The translations under genes and the position numbers were made by a program. This document shows, piece after piece, positions 13,903 through 25,044 of a stretch of 64,000 bases of DNA; the first letter of the stretch is position 1; every line of letters starts with the position of its first letter. The stretch is from Leucoraja ocellata (taxonomy: Eukaryota), in the NCBI GenBank assembly GCA_036785375.1, contig JAWMAR010001544.1, forward strand, positions 62,001 through 126,000, given 5' to 3'. The notes below the pieces were generated by a model. It did no database searches, had not been told where the DNA came from, and saw only the letters and a list, made by a program, of their open reading frames with translations.

Positions 13903-14212
13903 AAAGGTGCAGTGCTTTAGTAAAGGTACAGTGGGCTAAGGGTACAGTGGGCTAAGGGTACAGTGCTTTAGTAAAGGTACAGTGGGCTAAAGGTACAGTG
14001 GGCTAAAGGTACAGTGGGTTAAAGGGTACAGTGGGCTAAGGGTACAGTGGGCTAAAGGTACAGTGGGCTAAAGGTACAGTGGGCTAAAGGTACAGTGGGC
14101 TAAAGGTACAGTGCTTTAGTAAAGGTACAGTGAGCTAAGGGTACAGTGGGTTAAAGGTACAGTGAGCTAAGGGTACAGTGAGCCAAGGGTACAGTGAGCT
14201 AAAGGTACAGTG
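13903..14212 (+). repeat. 16-bp minisatellite (AAAGGTACAGTGGGCT)n in the CR1 5' UTR
   Basis: Seen directly, about 310 bp here versus about 150 bp at 56725-56872. Confidence 0.92.
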
Positions 14213-14345
14213 CTTTTTGTTTATATAATAAAGGTGCAGTTTAAAGGGCACGAGGGAGCAGCTGTTGTGAGTCGGATACCTGCTGATTTCTCCCAGCAGT
14301 TTCTATTGTATTATACTGGTATCAGATCCAGGGTAAGGCGGGAGA

Positions 14346-15198
14346 ATGACAGTCAGAGCAGTGTACTGTTCTGGATGTCAGATGTGGGAGGTCATGGTGT
14401 CGGATGGCCCTCCAGACGTCCACATCTGCACCAGGTGCAGCGAGATGGGGCTCCTAAGGGACTGTTTTAGGATCCTGGAGCAGCAGCTCGATGACCTCTG
14501 TCTGATCAGGGAGAGTGAGGAGGTCATAGAGGGGAGTTATAGGGAGGTGGTCACTCCAAAACCACGGGAGAGAGACATGTGGGTCACGCTAAGGAAGGGC
14601 AAGGGGCAGAGGCAGGGACGAGTGAGTACTCCAATGTCGGTCCACCTCGCAAATAAATACTCCTGTTTGAGTACGGATGGGGGATGACAGCCTACCCGGG
14701 GGTAGTGACAGCGGACGGGCCTCCAGCACAGAGACCAGCCCTGTTGCTCCGAAAGGTAGGGGAAAAAAGAAGAGGGCAATAGTAATTGGGGACTCTATTG
14801 TTAGTGGGTCGGATAGGCGATTCTGTGGACGCAGTCGGGAGACCAGGATGGTGGTCTGCCTCCCTGGTGCCAAGGTCTCGGACGTGTCTCAACGCATCCA
14901 AGATATCCTGAAATCAGAGGGAGAGGAGCCTGTGGTAGTGGTACATATAGGTACCAATGACATAAGTAAAAAAAGGGAAGAGGTCCTGAAGGGAGGATTT
15001 AGTGAGTTGGGAGGAGAGTTAAGGAAAAGGATCAAAAAGGTAACAATCTCAGGATTACTGCCTGTGCCACGCGACAGTGAGAGTAGGAATGGAGCGAGGT
15101 GGAGGATAAATGCGTGGATGACAGATTGGTGCAGAGGGCAGGGATTCAAGTTCCTGGATCATTGGGACTTCTTTTGGGGAAGGATGGATTGCACTTGA
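14346..15198 (+). pseudogene. CR1 ORF1 (zinc-finger/leucine zipper plus SGNH esterase), frameshifted
   Basis: CSGC...CTRC, IVIGDSIV and VHIGTND motifs. Split at ~14680 but continuous in the paralog 57005-57856. Confidence 0.85.
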
Positions 15199-15481
15199 AC
15201 CCGAGGGGGGACCAATATCCTGGCGGGGAAATTTGCAAAGGCTACTGGGGAGACTTTAAACTAGAATGGTTGGGGTGAGGGACTCAAATAGAGAAAGCTA
15301 GTAGACAGAATGGGAGGCAGGAAGCAGAAAAGGGAAGCACTCGGACACAAGAGAAGAAAGAAAAAAAAGGAAATAAACAGAGAGTAAGAGGCGGGGGGTT
15401 TCTTAAATGTGTATATTTTAATGCGAGGAGCATTGTAAGAAAGGTGGATGAGCTTAGATTGACACCTGGAAGTATGATGTT

Positions 15482-18196
15482 GTGGCGATCAGTGAAACAT
15501 GGTTGCAGGAGGGCTGTGATTGGAAACTAAATATTCCAGGATTCCGTTGCTTCAGGTGTGATAGAATTGGAGGGGCAAGAGGTGGAGGTGTTGCATTGCT
15601 AGTCAGGGAAGATATTACAGCAGTGCTTTGGCAGGATAGATTAGAGGGCTCGTCTAGGGAGGCTATTTGGGTGGAATTGAGAAGTGGGAAAGGTGTAGCA
15701 ACACTTATAGGGGTGTATTATAGACTGCCAAATAGGGAACGAGAATTGGAAGAGCAAATATGTAAGGAGATAGCAGATATTAGTAGTAAGCACAAGGTAG
15801 TGATTGTGGGAGATTTCAACTTTCCACACATAGACTGGGAAACACATTCTGTAAATGGGCTGGATGGGTTGGAGTTTGTAAAATGTGTGCAGGATAGTTT
15901 TTTTCAGCAATACATAGAGGTACCTACTAGAGGAGTGGCAGTGCTGGACCTCCTGTTAGGAAATGAGATGGGACAGGTGGCGGAGGTATGCGTTGGGGAG
16001 CACTTCGGGTCCAGTGATCACAATACCATTAGTTTCAATATAATTATGGAGAGGGTCAGAACTGGACCTAGGGTTGAGATTTTTGATTGGAGAAAGGCTA
16101 ACTTTGATGAGATGCGAGATGATTTAAAAGGAGTGAACTGGGACATTTTGTTTTATGGGAAAGATGTAGAAGAGAAATGGAGGACATTTAAAGAGGAAAT
16201 CTTAAGAGTACAGAATCTTTATGTTCCTGTTCGGTTGAAAGGAAACAGTAAAAATTGGAAAGAGCCCTGGTTTTCAAGGGAAATTGGACATCTTGTTCAG
16301 AAAAAGAGGGAGATCTACAATAATTATAGGCAGCATGAAGTAAATGAGGTGCTTGAGGAGTATAAGGAATGTAAAAAGAATCTTAAGAAAGAAATTAGAA
16401 AAGCTAAAAGATATGAGGTTGCTTTGGCAAGTAAGGTGAAAGTAAATCCAAAGGGTTTCTACATCTATATTAATAGCAAAAGGATAACGAGGGATAAAAT
16501 TGGTCCATTGGAGAGACGGAGTGGACAGCTATCTGCAGAGCCAAAAGAGATGGGGGAGATATTGAACAATTTTTTTTCTTCGGTATTCACCAAGGAGAAG
16601 GATATTGAATTATGTGAGGTAAGGGAAACTAGTAGAGTAGCTATGGATACTATGAGGTTCAAAGTAAAAGAAGTACTGACACTTTTGAAAAATATAAAAG
16701 TGGATAAGTCTCCAGGTCCTGACAGGATATTCCCTAGGACATTGAGGGAAGTTAGTGTAGAAATAGCCGGGGCTATGACAGAAATATTTCAAATGTCATT
16801 AGAAACGGGAATAGTCCCTGAGGATTGGCGTACTGCGCATGTTGTTCCATTGTTTAAAAAGGGTTCTAAGAGTAAACCCGGCAATTATAGACCTGTTAGT
16901 TTGACTTCAGTGGTGGGCAAATTAATGGAAAAGATACTTAGAGATAATATATATAAGCATCTGGATAAACAGGGTCTGATTAGGAACAGTCAACATGGAT
17001 TTGTGCCTGGAACATCATGTTTGACTGATCTTGAATTTTTTGAAGAGGTTATTAGGGAAATTGACGAGGGTAAAGCAGTGGATGTTGTCTATATGGACTT
17101 TAGTAAGGCCTTTGACAAGGTTCCTCATGGAAGGTTGGTTAAGAAGGTTCAACTGTTGGGTATAAATGCAGGAATAGCAAGATGGATTCAACAGTGGCTG
17201 AATGGGAGAAGCCAGAGGGTAATGGTGGATGGCTGTTTATCGGGTTGGAGGCAGGTGACTAGTGGGGTGCCTCAGGGATCTGTGTTGGGTCCTTTGTTGT
17301 TTGTCATGTACATCAATGATCTGGATGAAGATGTGGTAAATTGGATTAGTAAGTATGCAGATGATACCAAGATAGGGGGTGTTGTGGATAATGAAGAGGA
17401 TTTCCAAAGTCTACAGAGTGATTTAGGCCATTTGGAAAAATGGGCTGAAAGATGGCAGATGGAGTTTAATGCTGATAAATGTGAGGTGCTACACCTTGGC
17501 AGGACAAATCAAAATAGGACGTACATGGTAAATGGTAGGGAATTGAAGAATACAGTTGAACAGAGGGATCTGGGGATAACCGTGCATAGTTCCTTGAAGG
17601 TGGAATCTCATATAGATAGGGTGGTAAAGAAAGCTTTTGGTATGCTAGCCTTTATAAATCAGAGCATTGAGTATAGAAGCTGGGATGTAATGTTAAAATT
17701 GTACAAGGCATTGGTGAGGCCAATTCTGGAGTATGGTGTACAATTTTGGTCGCCCAATTATAGGAAGGATGTCAACAAAATAGAGAGAGTACAGAGGAGA
17801 TTTACTAGAATGTTGCCTGGGTTTCAACAACTAAGTTACAGAGATAGGTTGAATAAGTTAGGTCTTTATTCTCTGGAGCGCAGAAGGTTAAGGGGGGACT
17901 TGATAGAGGTCTTTAAAATGATGAGAGGGATAGACAGAGTTGATGTGGACAAGCTTTTCCCTTTGAGAATAGGGAAGATTCAAACAAGAGGACATGACTT
18001 CAGAATTAAGGGACAGAAGTTTAGGGGTAACATGAGGGGGAACTTCTTTACTCAGAGAGTGGTAGCGGTGTGGAATGAGCTTCCAGTGGAAGTGGTGGAG
18101 GCAGGTTTGTTGGTACCATTTAAAAATAAATTGGATAGGTATATGGATGAGAAGGGAATGGAGGGTTATGGTATGAGTGCAGGCAGGTGGGACTAA
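15482..18196 (+). CDS. CR1 ORF2 (APE endonuclease plus reverse transcriptase), 904 aa open, N-terminus out of frame
   Basis: ISETW, GDFN and SDH endonuclease motifs; QHGF, GVPQGSVLGP and YADD RT motifs. The upstream LKCVYFNARSI block (~15402) is in a different frame. Confidence 0.88.
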   Translation: MAISETWLQEGCDWKLNIPGFRCFRCDRIGGARGGGVALLVREDITAVLWQDRLEGSSREAIWVELRSGKGVATLIGVYYRLPNRERELEEQICKEIADISSKHKVVIVGDFNFPHIDWETHSVNGLDGLEFVKCVQDSFFQQYIEVPTRGVAVLDLLLGNEMGQVAEVCVGEHFGSSDHNTISFNIIMERVRTGPRVEIFDWRKANFDEMRDDLKGVNWDILFYGKDVEEKWRTFKEEILRVQNLYVPVRLKGNSKNWKEPWFSREIGHLVQKKREIYNNYRQHEVNEVLEEYKECKKNLKKEIRKAKRYEVALASKVKVNPKGFYIYINSKRITRDKIGPLERRSGQLSAEPKEMGEILNNFFSSVFTKEKDIELCEVRETSRVAMDTMRFKVKEVLTLLKNIKVDKSPGPDRIFPRTLREVSVEIAGAMTEIFQMSLETGIVPEDWRTAHVVPLFKKGSKSKPGNYRPVSLTSVVGKLMEKILRDNIYKHLDKQGLIRNSQHGFVPGTSCLTDLEFFEEVIREIDEGKAVDVVYMDFSKAFDKVPHGRLVKKVQLLGINAGIARWIQQWLNGRSQRVMVDGCLSGWRQVTSGVPQGSVLGPLLFVMYINDLDEDVVNWISKYADDTKIGGVVDNEEDFQSLQSDLGHLEKWAERWQMEFNADKCEVLHLGRTNQNRTYMVNGRELKNTVEQRDLGITVHSSLKVESHIDRVVKKAFGMLAFINQSIEYRSWDVMLKLYKALVRPILEYGVQFWSPNYRKDVNKIERVQRRFTRMLPGFQQLSYRDRLNKLGLYSLERRRLRGDLIEVFKMMRGIDRVDVDKLFPLRIGKIQTRGHDFRIKGQKFRGNMRGNFFTQRVVAVWNELPVEVVEAGLLVPFKNKLDRYMDEKGMEGYGMSAGRWD

Positions 18197-18799
18197 GGGA
18201 AAAAAAGTTGTTCGGCACGGACTTGTAGGGCCGAGATGGCCTGTTTCCGTGCTGTAATTGTTATATGGTTATATGTTATATTATATTAAGATGCAGAAGA
18301 GGTTTACTAGAATGCTGCAGGGGGTAGAATTATTAGCTAGAAGATGTTGGCAAACATGGGTTGTTTTCTTTGACGCGTCGGAGGTTGAAGGGAGACCCGG
18401 TAGAAGTTTTTAGAATAATGACAGACATAGATAGTGTGTCTGAATTTAACATGAAGTTTACGATCTCACACAAACAGCGTTCCTGACTTTCTATACAACG
18501 GCATTCAACACTGGAACGACACACATATGGCCCATGCTAAAGAAAAAGAGAATGTATAGAAATAAAGATAAAAAGAAAAAAAGAAATGTCTACCGAGATC
18601 ACATGATATTCAAATTACGATTAAAATAGTTTGATACATTAACGCTATACTAAAGGCAACTAGGCAATATCAAACAAGTCAGATAGACAGAATGAAATAT
18701 TGCTTATGATATTGACGGCTTCAGATTTTTACATTTTCCTTGGTTACAACGACATCCATAGACTGGTCAGATAAATACGCGGTTTTCAACATTCAATCG

Positions 18800-18808
18800 T
18801 CACTTGAC
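18800..18808 (-). CDS. IGHM: IgM heavy chain TM2 exon (cytoplasmic VK-stop)
   Basis: Minus strand reads ctctctttacag|GTC AAG TGA, completing the conserved KVK tail. Confidence 0.88.
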   Translation of the reverse strand, partial: VK

Positions 18809-18942
18809 CTGTAAAGAGAGGGAGAGAATATGTAAGTGTATTAACAGTCTGTGACTAAGATGCCAGGACATCCAAACAGTAGGACAATCTATATGTTGCC
18901 GTACTCTTCAAACAGGTGGAAAAGAAAGTGGAATGAACTCAC

Positions 18943-19070
18943 CTTCACCAGAGTTACAGCAGCACCGTATGAAATGCTCAGGAAGAACAGGATAATGAAT
19001 GTGGAAGCGGTTGTCCAGATGTTGTCCCTGTCCTCCTCATAGTCCTCAAGAGGAACGTTGTCGGCGTAAT
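18943..19070 (-). CDS. IGHM: IgM heavy chain TM1 exon
   Basis: ag|(D)YADNVPLEDYEEDRDNIWTTASTFIILFFLSISYGAAVTLVK|gtgag. 128 nt with a phase-1 acceptor that matches the internal CH4 donor; Ig transmembrane consensus W.TASTF..LF.LS..Y. Confidence 0.93.
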
Positions 19071-20635
19071 CTACGCAAAGCAGAACGTGAAGACGTTCAC
19101 AATATATTCTAATATAGAACATTGTATTTTATTTATTATTTACCAAAATAATACGAATATTAATATTAGGGATATTAATTTCCTATGAGCTGTTTTTACG
19201 TTGAGGTGATCATCCATCCTCAACAATTGTATCCAAAATCATGGCCACGTAGACACAGCTGCTAACAAACTACCGTTTATGAATAGTTTTGGAGAAACCA
19301 ATGTGTATATATATATCTGGGATCCATTATTCATTCTATAAACGTCCGCTTCCCATTAATATAATTTACTAACCGGGATGGTATAAAACTTGAAGCTGGT
19401 TATTGTTTACAATGTTATCAGATACCCCTTTATTTGGAGATGGTGACCGGAGCTCCGAGAAGGAACTCACTGAATGCAAACATTGGCTCCCAATAATTTG
19501 CCATCATTTCCACATTAGAACCCTGTTGACTGATGTATCCTGTTTCCGGTTAGGGGATGGAGGAAGGCTTGTGTACAAAATTATAACTTTGAACCATTTG
19601 ATAGGCATTATATTTCTAGTGTGAAATATAGAGCATGAATGATCTACGGTTACACTTAGTTTTTAGGAACGCGTTGAAAACTACCGGTTAAATGATCTGA
19701 ATGGCCTTTCCGTTTGCCTGTAACTAGCTAGATGTGTATCATTAAGTCTAAGTTTGCCGAAATCCNNNNNNNNNNNNNNNNNNNNNNNNNNNNNNNNNNN
19801 NNNNNNNNNNNNNNNNNNNNNNNNNNNNNNNNNNNNNNNNNNNNNNNNNNNNNNNNNNNNNNNNNNNNNNNNNNNNNNNNNNNNNNNNNNNNNNNNNNNN
19901 NNNNNNNNNNNNNNNNCGTGCGTTGTGGAAAATCTATTTCAATCAGCATTTATGAAGAAGAAAAATATAATATGAGCCAATATAGCTACTAACGTGTATT
20001 GTCACCGGAAATTTGCTTTGTAAAGTCCATTGGTATTAAAGTGAGGGACTAAATGCATTTGTGTTGTATTAATGTGGGTTTTTTTGTGCAAATGTGCGCT
20101 AGCTAACCGTTCCTATTATTTTGCATTTCAAAGAATGTTTGATTGCTGGTCTGTTTGGGTAGTTGTCCATGCGCTATGGGGTAAACATGTCGTTAATTGC
20201 GTTTTATGTATGTTTCTATGCAACCCCATAAATGATTTTATGCCGTGCGCTTGCTGATGTTTTATGGTGAATGTGCTTTGTGTACATCTGGGGGAGACCT
20301 GGACATGGATGTGGCCTTGTCTAATGCTCGGGCCGGCGTGCTAGTCAATGTCTCGCCGCATCTGATATTTGCCTCTAAATTTGTGTTCTCACGAGCCACT
20401 CATAGCGGTTATCCCATCAATCACCTGCACATATTGTGATGACCGTTTAATAATTTTACTTCGGAGTCACGTGAGTGACTACGTGAAGAACCCACCCAGC
20501 GCGCAGGCGCGGCATTACGTCAGCAGCGCAACAGCGGCAGCAGCTGGAGCCAGGCTCTCCAGCGGCAGGATAAAAGACAAGACCTCAGGTAAGTGAGTCT
20601 TTTGTGTTACAGAGTCGCTAACGGACGAAAAAGCT

Positions 20636-21862
20636 ATGGCTACCCGAAAGCGACCAACAAGGAGGACTGCCTGCCCAACTCCACCCGAGGAGGGATCAAT
20701 ATCTGGGCGGCAGCCACCAGCGGCGGAGGAGCTGTTTGGACGCTCCCGCACACCCGACGCCGAGCCGCTCCCTGTGCCGCCGATTACGACGCCCCGCACA
20801 GGGAGAAAAGCAACCCGGAAAACAGACCGGCCGGTGGCCTCCGACTCGTCGGCGGAAGGGGAACACTCTCCACCGGCGAAACGGGGAGACGGCCGCTTAA
20901 GCTGCATGAGGCAGCTGCTCGAGCAGATGCTTGAGGAGGAGATGCAGGCAAGGCATCTCCAAGGAGGACGGGCTATGGCCTCCTCCAAACCATCGCCACA
21001 CCCTTCTGTTTCCTCCTTGTTTGAGGTCAGTAAGGGAGGCCAGGACTGGGCTGGCCTATCACAAGGGCAGGCGGACGACACTGCAAGCATGCCAGGCGAG
21101 CTGGAGGAAGAAGAGCTACTGGGTGTAGTCAGCAGGTATGCGGCGCCCCCAAGGACCGGAATGATGCTACCACCAAGAATGGCGGCCAGTATAAACAGGC
21201 TCTCCAATAAGCCATTGCAGGAGAAAGTCATTCAAGAGGCCCTCGACACTTACACAGCGCCGGAAAACTGCGAGGCGCTGCGGGTAAAGACCGTAAACGG
21301 CCAAATATGGAACCAGCTGGGGCAGCATATCAGGACACAAGAGCTGAAGATGCAGCGTATCCTGAAGCTCCACACCGCAGCCATTACCGCCTTTGCTCGG
21401 TCCACCGGGAACGCAGAGCTCTCTACACCTCAGCAGGATGTGCTGGCCCTAATGTGTAACACACAGTATGAGCTCAACAGCCTAAGACGTGAAAACATCA
21501 GGCCTGCCCTCAACCCCAAATATGCGGGCCTCTGCAAAGCTCCGGCGCCAGAAAAGGAGGCGCTACTATTCGGGGCCGACTTGGCAAAAAGGCTCAAGGA
21601 ACTGGAAGAGGCGGCCAAACCTGTAGGCCTCATGAGGGCAGCGCCAGGACCGAGCAGGGTGAAGACACCCAGTTGGCAGCACGCCTCGGCATCCACCAGC
21701 AGGTACCGAGCTGGTGAAAGCCTGGTGACCGCCTCCCACTACCCCCAGAGCTCTTTTTTAGAGCGGGGCCCAGGGCGGAGCCGTGGGAAGATACGCCGCC
21801 CCACCACAGCACCAACAAGGACACCCTCGGGCCAAACCCATCGCAAACGCTCCCAGAAATAA
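20636..21862 (+). CDS. DIRS gag-like ORF1 (408 aa)
   Basis: Open ATG-TAA frame in the ORF1 position. APENC..L.V..VN..IW and RRENIRPALNPKY..LC..LLFG.DL are shared with the two other DIRS copies. Confidence 0.8.
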   Translation: MATRKRPTRRTACPTPPEEGSISGRQPPAAEELFGRSRTPDAEPLPVPPITTPRTGRKATRKTDRPVASDSSAEGEHSPPAKRGDGRLSCMRQLLEQMLEEEMQARHLQGGRAMASSKPSPHPSVSSLFEVSKGGQDWAGLSQGQADDTASMPGELEEEELLGVVSRYAAPPRTGMMLPPRMAASINRLSNKPLQEKVIQEALDTYTAPENCEALRVKTVNGQIWNQLGQHIRTQELKMQRILKLHTAAITAFARSTGNAELSTPQQDVLALMCNTQYELNSLRRENIRPALNPKYAGLCKAPAPEKEALLFGADLAKRLKELEEAAKPVGLMRAAPGPSRVKTPSWQHASASTSRYRAGESLVTASHYPQSSFLERGPGRSRGKIRRPTTAPTRTPSGQTHRKRSQK

Positions 21863-21864
21863 AC

Positions 21865-23799
21865 ATGGAGGTAGGTGGGTCTGGTTCCTGTCGGCATACG
21901 CAGACAAAGGGTGTTGTATTAACAGGAGGGCGTTTAAGGTTCTTCAAACATGTTTGGTGCTCCTTTACTAGCAACAAGTTTATACTCAACAGTATCAGTG
22001 GATACAAATTTGAATTTAAACCAGGCATAGAACCGCCAGTTCAGCACATACCCCAAAGGGTATTCCTTCCCACAGAATCAGAAAAGGTAGAAGGACAAGC
22101 TGAACTAGATAGGCTCGTGTCCAAGGGCATCATAGAGAGGGCCAGACACGAGCCATTGTAATTTGTATCGAATATATTTATCAAAACTAAAAAAGATGGT
22201 GGATGTCGTATTATCATTGATTTGACATCACTAAATCAGTCTGTTGAGTATCAACATTTCAAAATGGAGACATTTGTTACTGCCAGACAGCTGATCTCCA
22301 AGGGATACTTCATGGCAAGCATAGATATTAAGGATGCTTACTATTTAGTACCCATTCATAAGGATCATTTCAGATATCTGAAATTTATCTGGATGGGGCA
22401 ACTATGGCAGTATAGAGCATTACCCAATGGTTTAACGACAGCTCCCAGATTATTTACTAAAATTCTCAAAGTGGCCATGAAAAAATTAAGAGAACAGAAA
22501 CATTTAGTCATGGCCTATCTGGACGATGTTCTCATATTGGGAAGAACAAGGGAACTAGCTGTCGCAGGAGTTTTAGCTACTAAACAACTCCTTGAAACAT
22601 TGGGATTTGTTCTACACCCAGATAAATCAATATTGAAGCCAACAACTAACATGGATTACCTAGGCTTCACTATTGACACTATCCGTATGAATGTCACTCT
22701 GCCAAGAGACAAAAAGGCTACATTAACAGAAGCCTGTAACAACTTAATCGCAAAAACGCAACCAAGGATCCGGCATGTAGCCAGAGTCATTGGTAGTATA
22801 GTAGCAGCATTCCCAGCTGCACAATATGGGCCCTTGCATTATCAAAATTTACAAAGAGCAAGGACACATGCACTACGTCTAAGTAGGGGGCATTATGACC
22901 GACCCATGGATTTACCCGCTGAAGCCAAATCAGAACTTCAGTGGTGGGTGGATAACATTTGGCACAGTTACAGTCCTATCGCCGTCACCAATCCTAACAT
23001 AGCCATTACAACGGATGCCAGTGCTTTAGGCTGGGGAGCTACTAACTCTATATCCAGCACAGGTGGCAGATGGACTAATTCAGAGGCATCGCTACTACAA
23101 TCGCTTGGCATAAATTATTTGGAGATGCTGGCCGCATTTTATGGGCTAAAAGCATATGCATCCGATATGCGGCATGTGCATGTCAGGTTAATGATTGATA
23201 ACACGACGGCGGTGTCTTACATCCAGCACATGGGTGGCATAAAATCAGTATCATGCGACAAATTGACTACTATAATCTGGCAATGGTGTGTCGAGAGACA
23301 TATTTGGCTATCAGCTGCCTATTTACCAGGCAAGCTAAACACAGTGGCAGACACCAGGTCACGAAAATTCAATGACAACATCGAATGGATGTTAGACCCA
23401 AAAATATTTGCTAGAATTGTTAAGCAATACGGTACGCCAGATATAGATTTGTTTGCGTCTAGATTAAATCACCAGCTACCCATGTATGTGGCTTGGGAAC
23501 CAGACCCAGAGGCAGCAGCGGTAGATGCCTTCACGCTGGATTGGGGAAATTTCTTTTTCTATGCTTTCCCTCCCTTCTGCCTCATCAGCCGGGTACTCCA
23601 GAAAATACAAGCAGACTCAGCTTCAGGTATTCTGGTCGTACCCGACTGGCCTACCCAACCATGGTTCCCAGTCTTCCACGACATGGTGGTAGAGTCACCT
23701 ATGGGTTTTCACAGCCACCCACAACTATTGACTCACCCGGTATCCGGCATAAGCCATCCATGCCATCAAAAATTGAAACTCCTGGCTTCTAGGTTCTGA
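21865..23799 (+). pseudogene. DIRS RT/RNase H/methyltransferase-like ORF with one in-frame stop (TAA 22159-22161)
   Basis: ORFs 21865-22161 and 22222-23799 share a frame. Motifs include GGRL..F, LPNGL, YLDD, TDAS..GWG, INYLEM, DNTTA, DLFASRLN and YAFPPF. Confidence 0.88.
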
Positions 23800-23816
23800 C
23801 CAGGCCTTACCAGGGA

Positions 23817-24769
23817 TTGGGGTTATCAGAACGAACAATCACCACCATGTCGGCGTCCCTGCGAGTCTCTACCAAGAAGCAGTACTTGACCTACATCAGG
23901 AAATGGGAGCAGTACTGCTTGGATGCAGGGACATCATACAAGACGGCCTCGATCACGGACGTGCTGGAATTCCTGGGCCACTTGCACCATGACCAAAAGA
24001 TGAGCTACAGTGCCATCAATGCAGCACGGAGCGCCCTGTCCGCTTACCTTATGCCTACAGGACATCACAGCATTGGATCCCACCCTCTGGTTATAAAACT
24101 CCTCAAAGGGATTTATAATACTAAACCCCCTACACCCAGATACACCCATGTATGGGATGTAAGTGTAGTTTTGTCACACCTTAGAGGTTGGCCTCCGGTG
24201 GGATCCTTGAGTCTGGAGCAGTCCACTATCAAGACCCTCATGCTCATGGCGCTCGTCTCTGCACAAAGGGTTCAGTCGCTGCATCAACTAAGACTGGACA
24301 ACATGATAACCACCCAGATTCCATTACATTTACCATGCCGGGGTTGGTTAAACAAAGCAGGCCAGGTATATCCAACTCTCCGTTAATCTTCCGGGCCTAC
24401 CCTCCAGAACCTAGGCTGTGTGTAGTGACCCATCTATACGACTACGTAGACACAACCCAAACACTTAGAGGGAGTGAAAAAGCCTTATGGGTCAGCCACA
24501 AAAAGCCTTTTGGACGGGTTACCAGCCAGACAATATTTAGGTGGTTGAAACAGGTCCTAAAAACCGCGGGGATTAACACGGATGTTTTTAAATCCCATTC
24601 AACCAGGGCAGCGTCCACGTCAGCGGCGGAACGGATGCAGGTTCCCATAGACCACATCCTTAGTACAGCGGGATGGTCAAGGGAATCAACGTTCCAAAAA
24701 TTCTACCACAAACCGCTGATGGAGAAGGACGTGTTTGCGGAGAAAATTTTAGAATCTGCAAACTTATAA
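23817..24769 (+). pseudogene. DIRS tyrosine recombinase ORF with one frameshift (~24310)
   Basis: SAQR in 23817-24386; HSTRAASTS, AGW and FQKFY in 24188-24769. Confidence 0.88.
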
Positions 24770-24931
24770 TTTAAAGCCCAGGGGAGCTATTTTTTGTTAT
24801 TGTTAAATAAACAATTTTGTTTCAAAAAACTAACAAATTCGTTGGTCTTTAGATACCACTTCCTCCCTCGATGAACTTTCGGCAGTGAGTGATATAGCTG
24901 TTACACGGTTTGAAATCACAGACCTTTGAAG

Positions 24932-25044
24932 TCTTCACGTAGTCACTCACGTGACTCCGAAGTAAAATAGTGAGATTAAACGAGTACTTACCAGTACGAA
25001 GTTTGATCTGTATTTTATGAGGAGTTACGATGAGGGATTACGTG
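24932..25044. other. DIRS internal complementary region (ICR)
   Basis: 24932-24967 is the reverse complement of the left terminus and 24968-25044 is the reverse complement of the right terminus. Confidence 0.9.

Larger units (their letters stand above)
13621..18287 (+). mobile_element. Full-length CR1 LINE (5' UTR repeats, ORF1, ORF2), inserted into an older CR1 remnant
   Basis: The 5' UTR has a duplicated acttaaatcgggcgcgggg unit and a 16-bp array. ORF1, ORF2 and a (ttatatgg)-type tail follow. The flanks (...ttggagaaga / aagatgcagaagaggtttactaga) are two halves of an old CR1. Confidence 0.92.
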
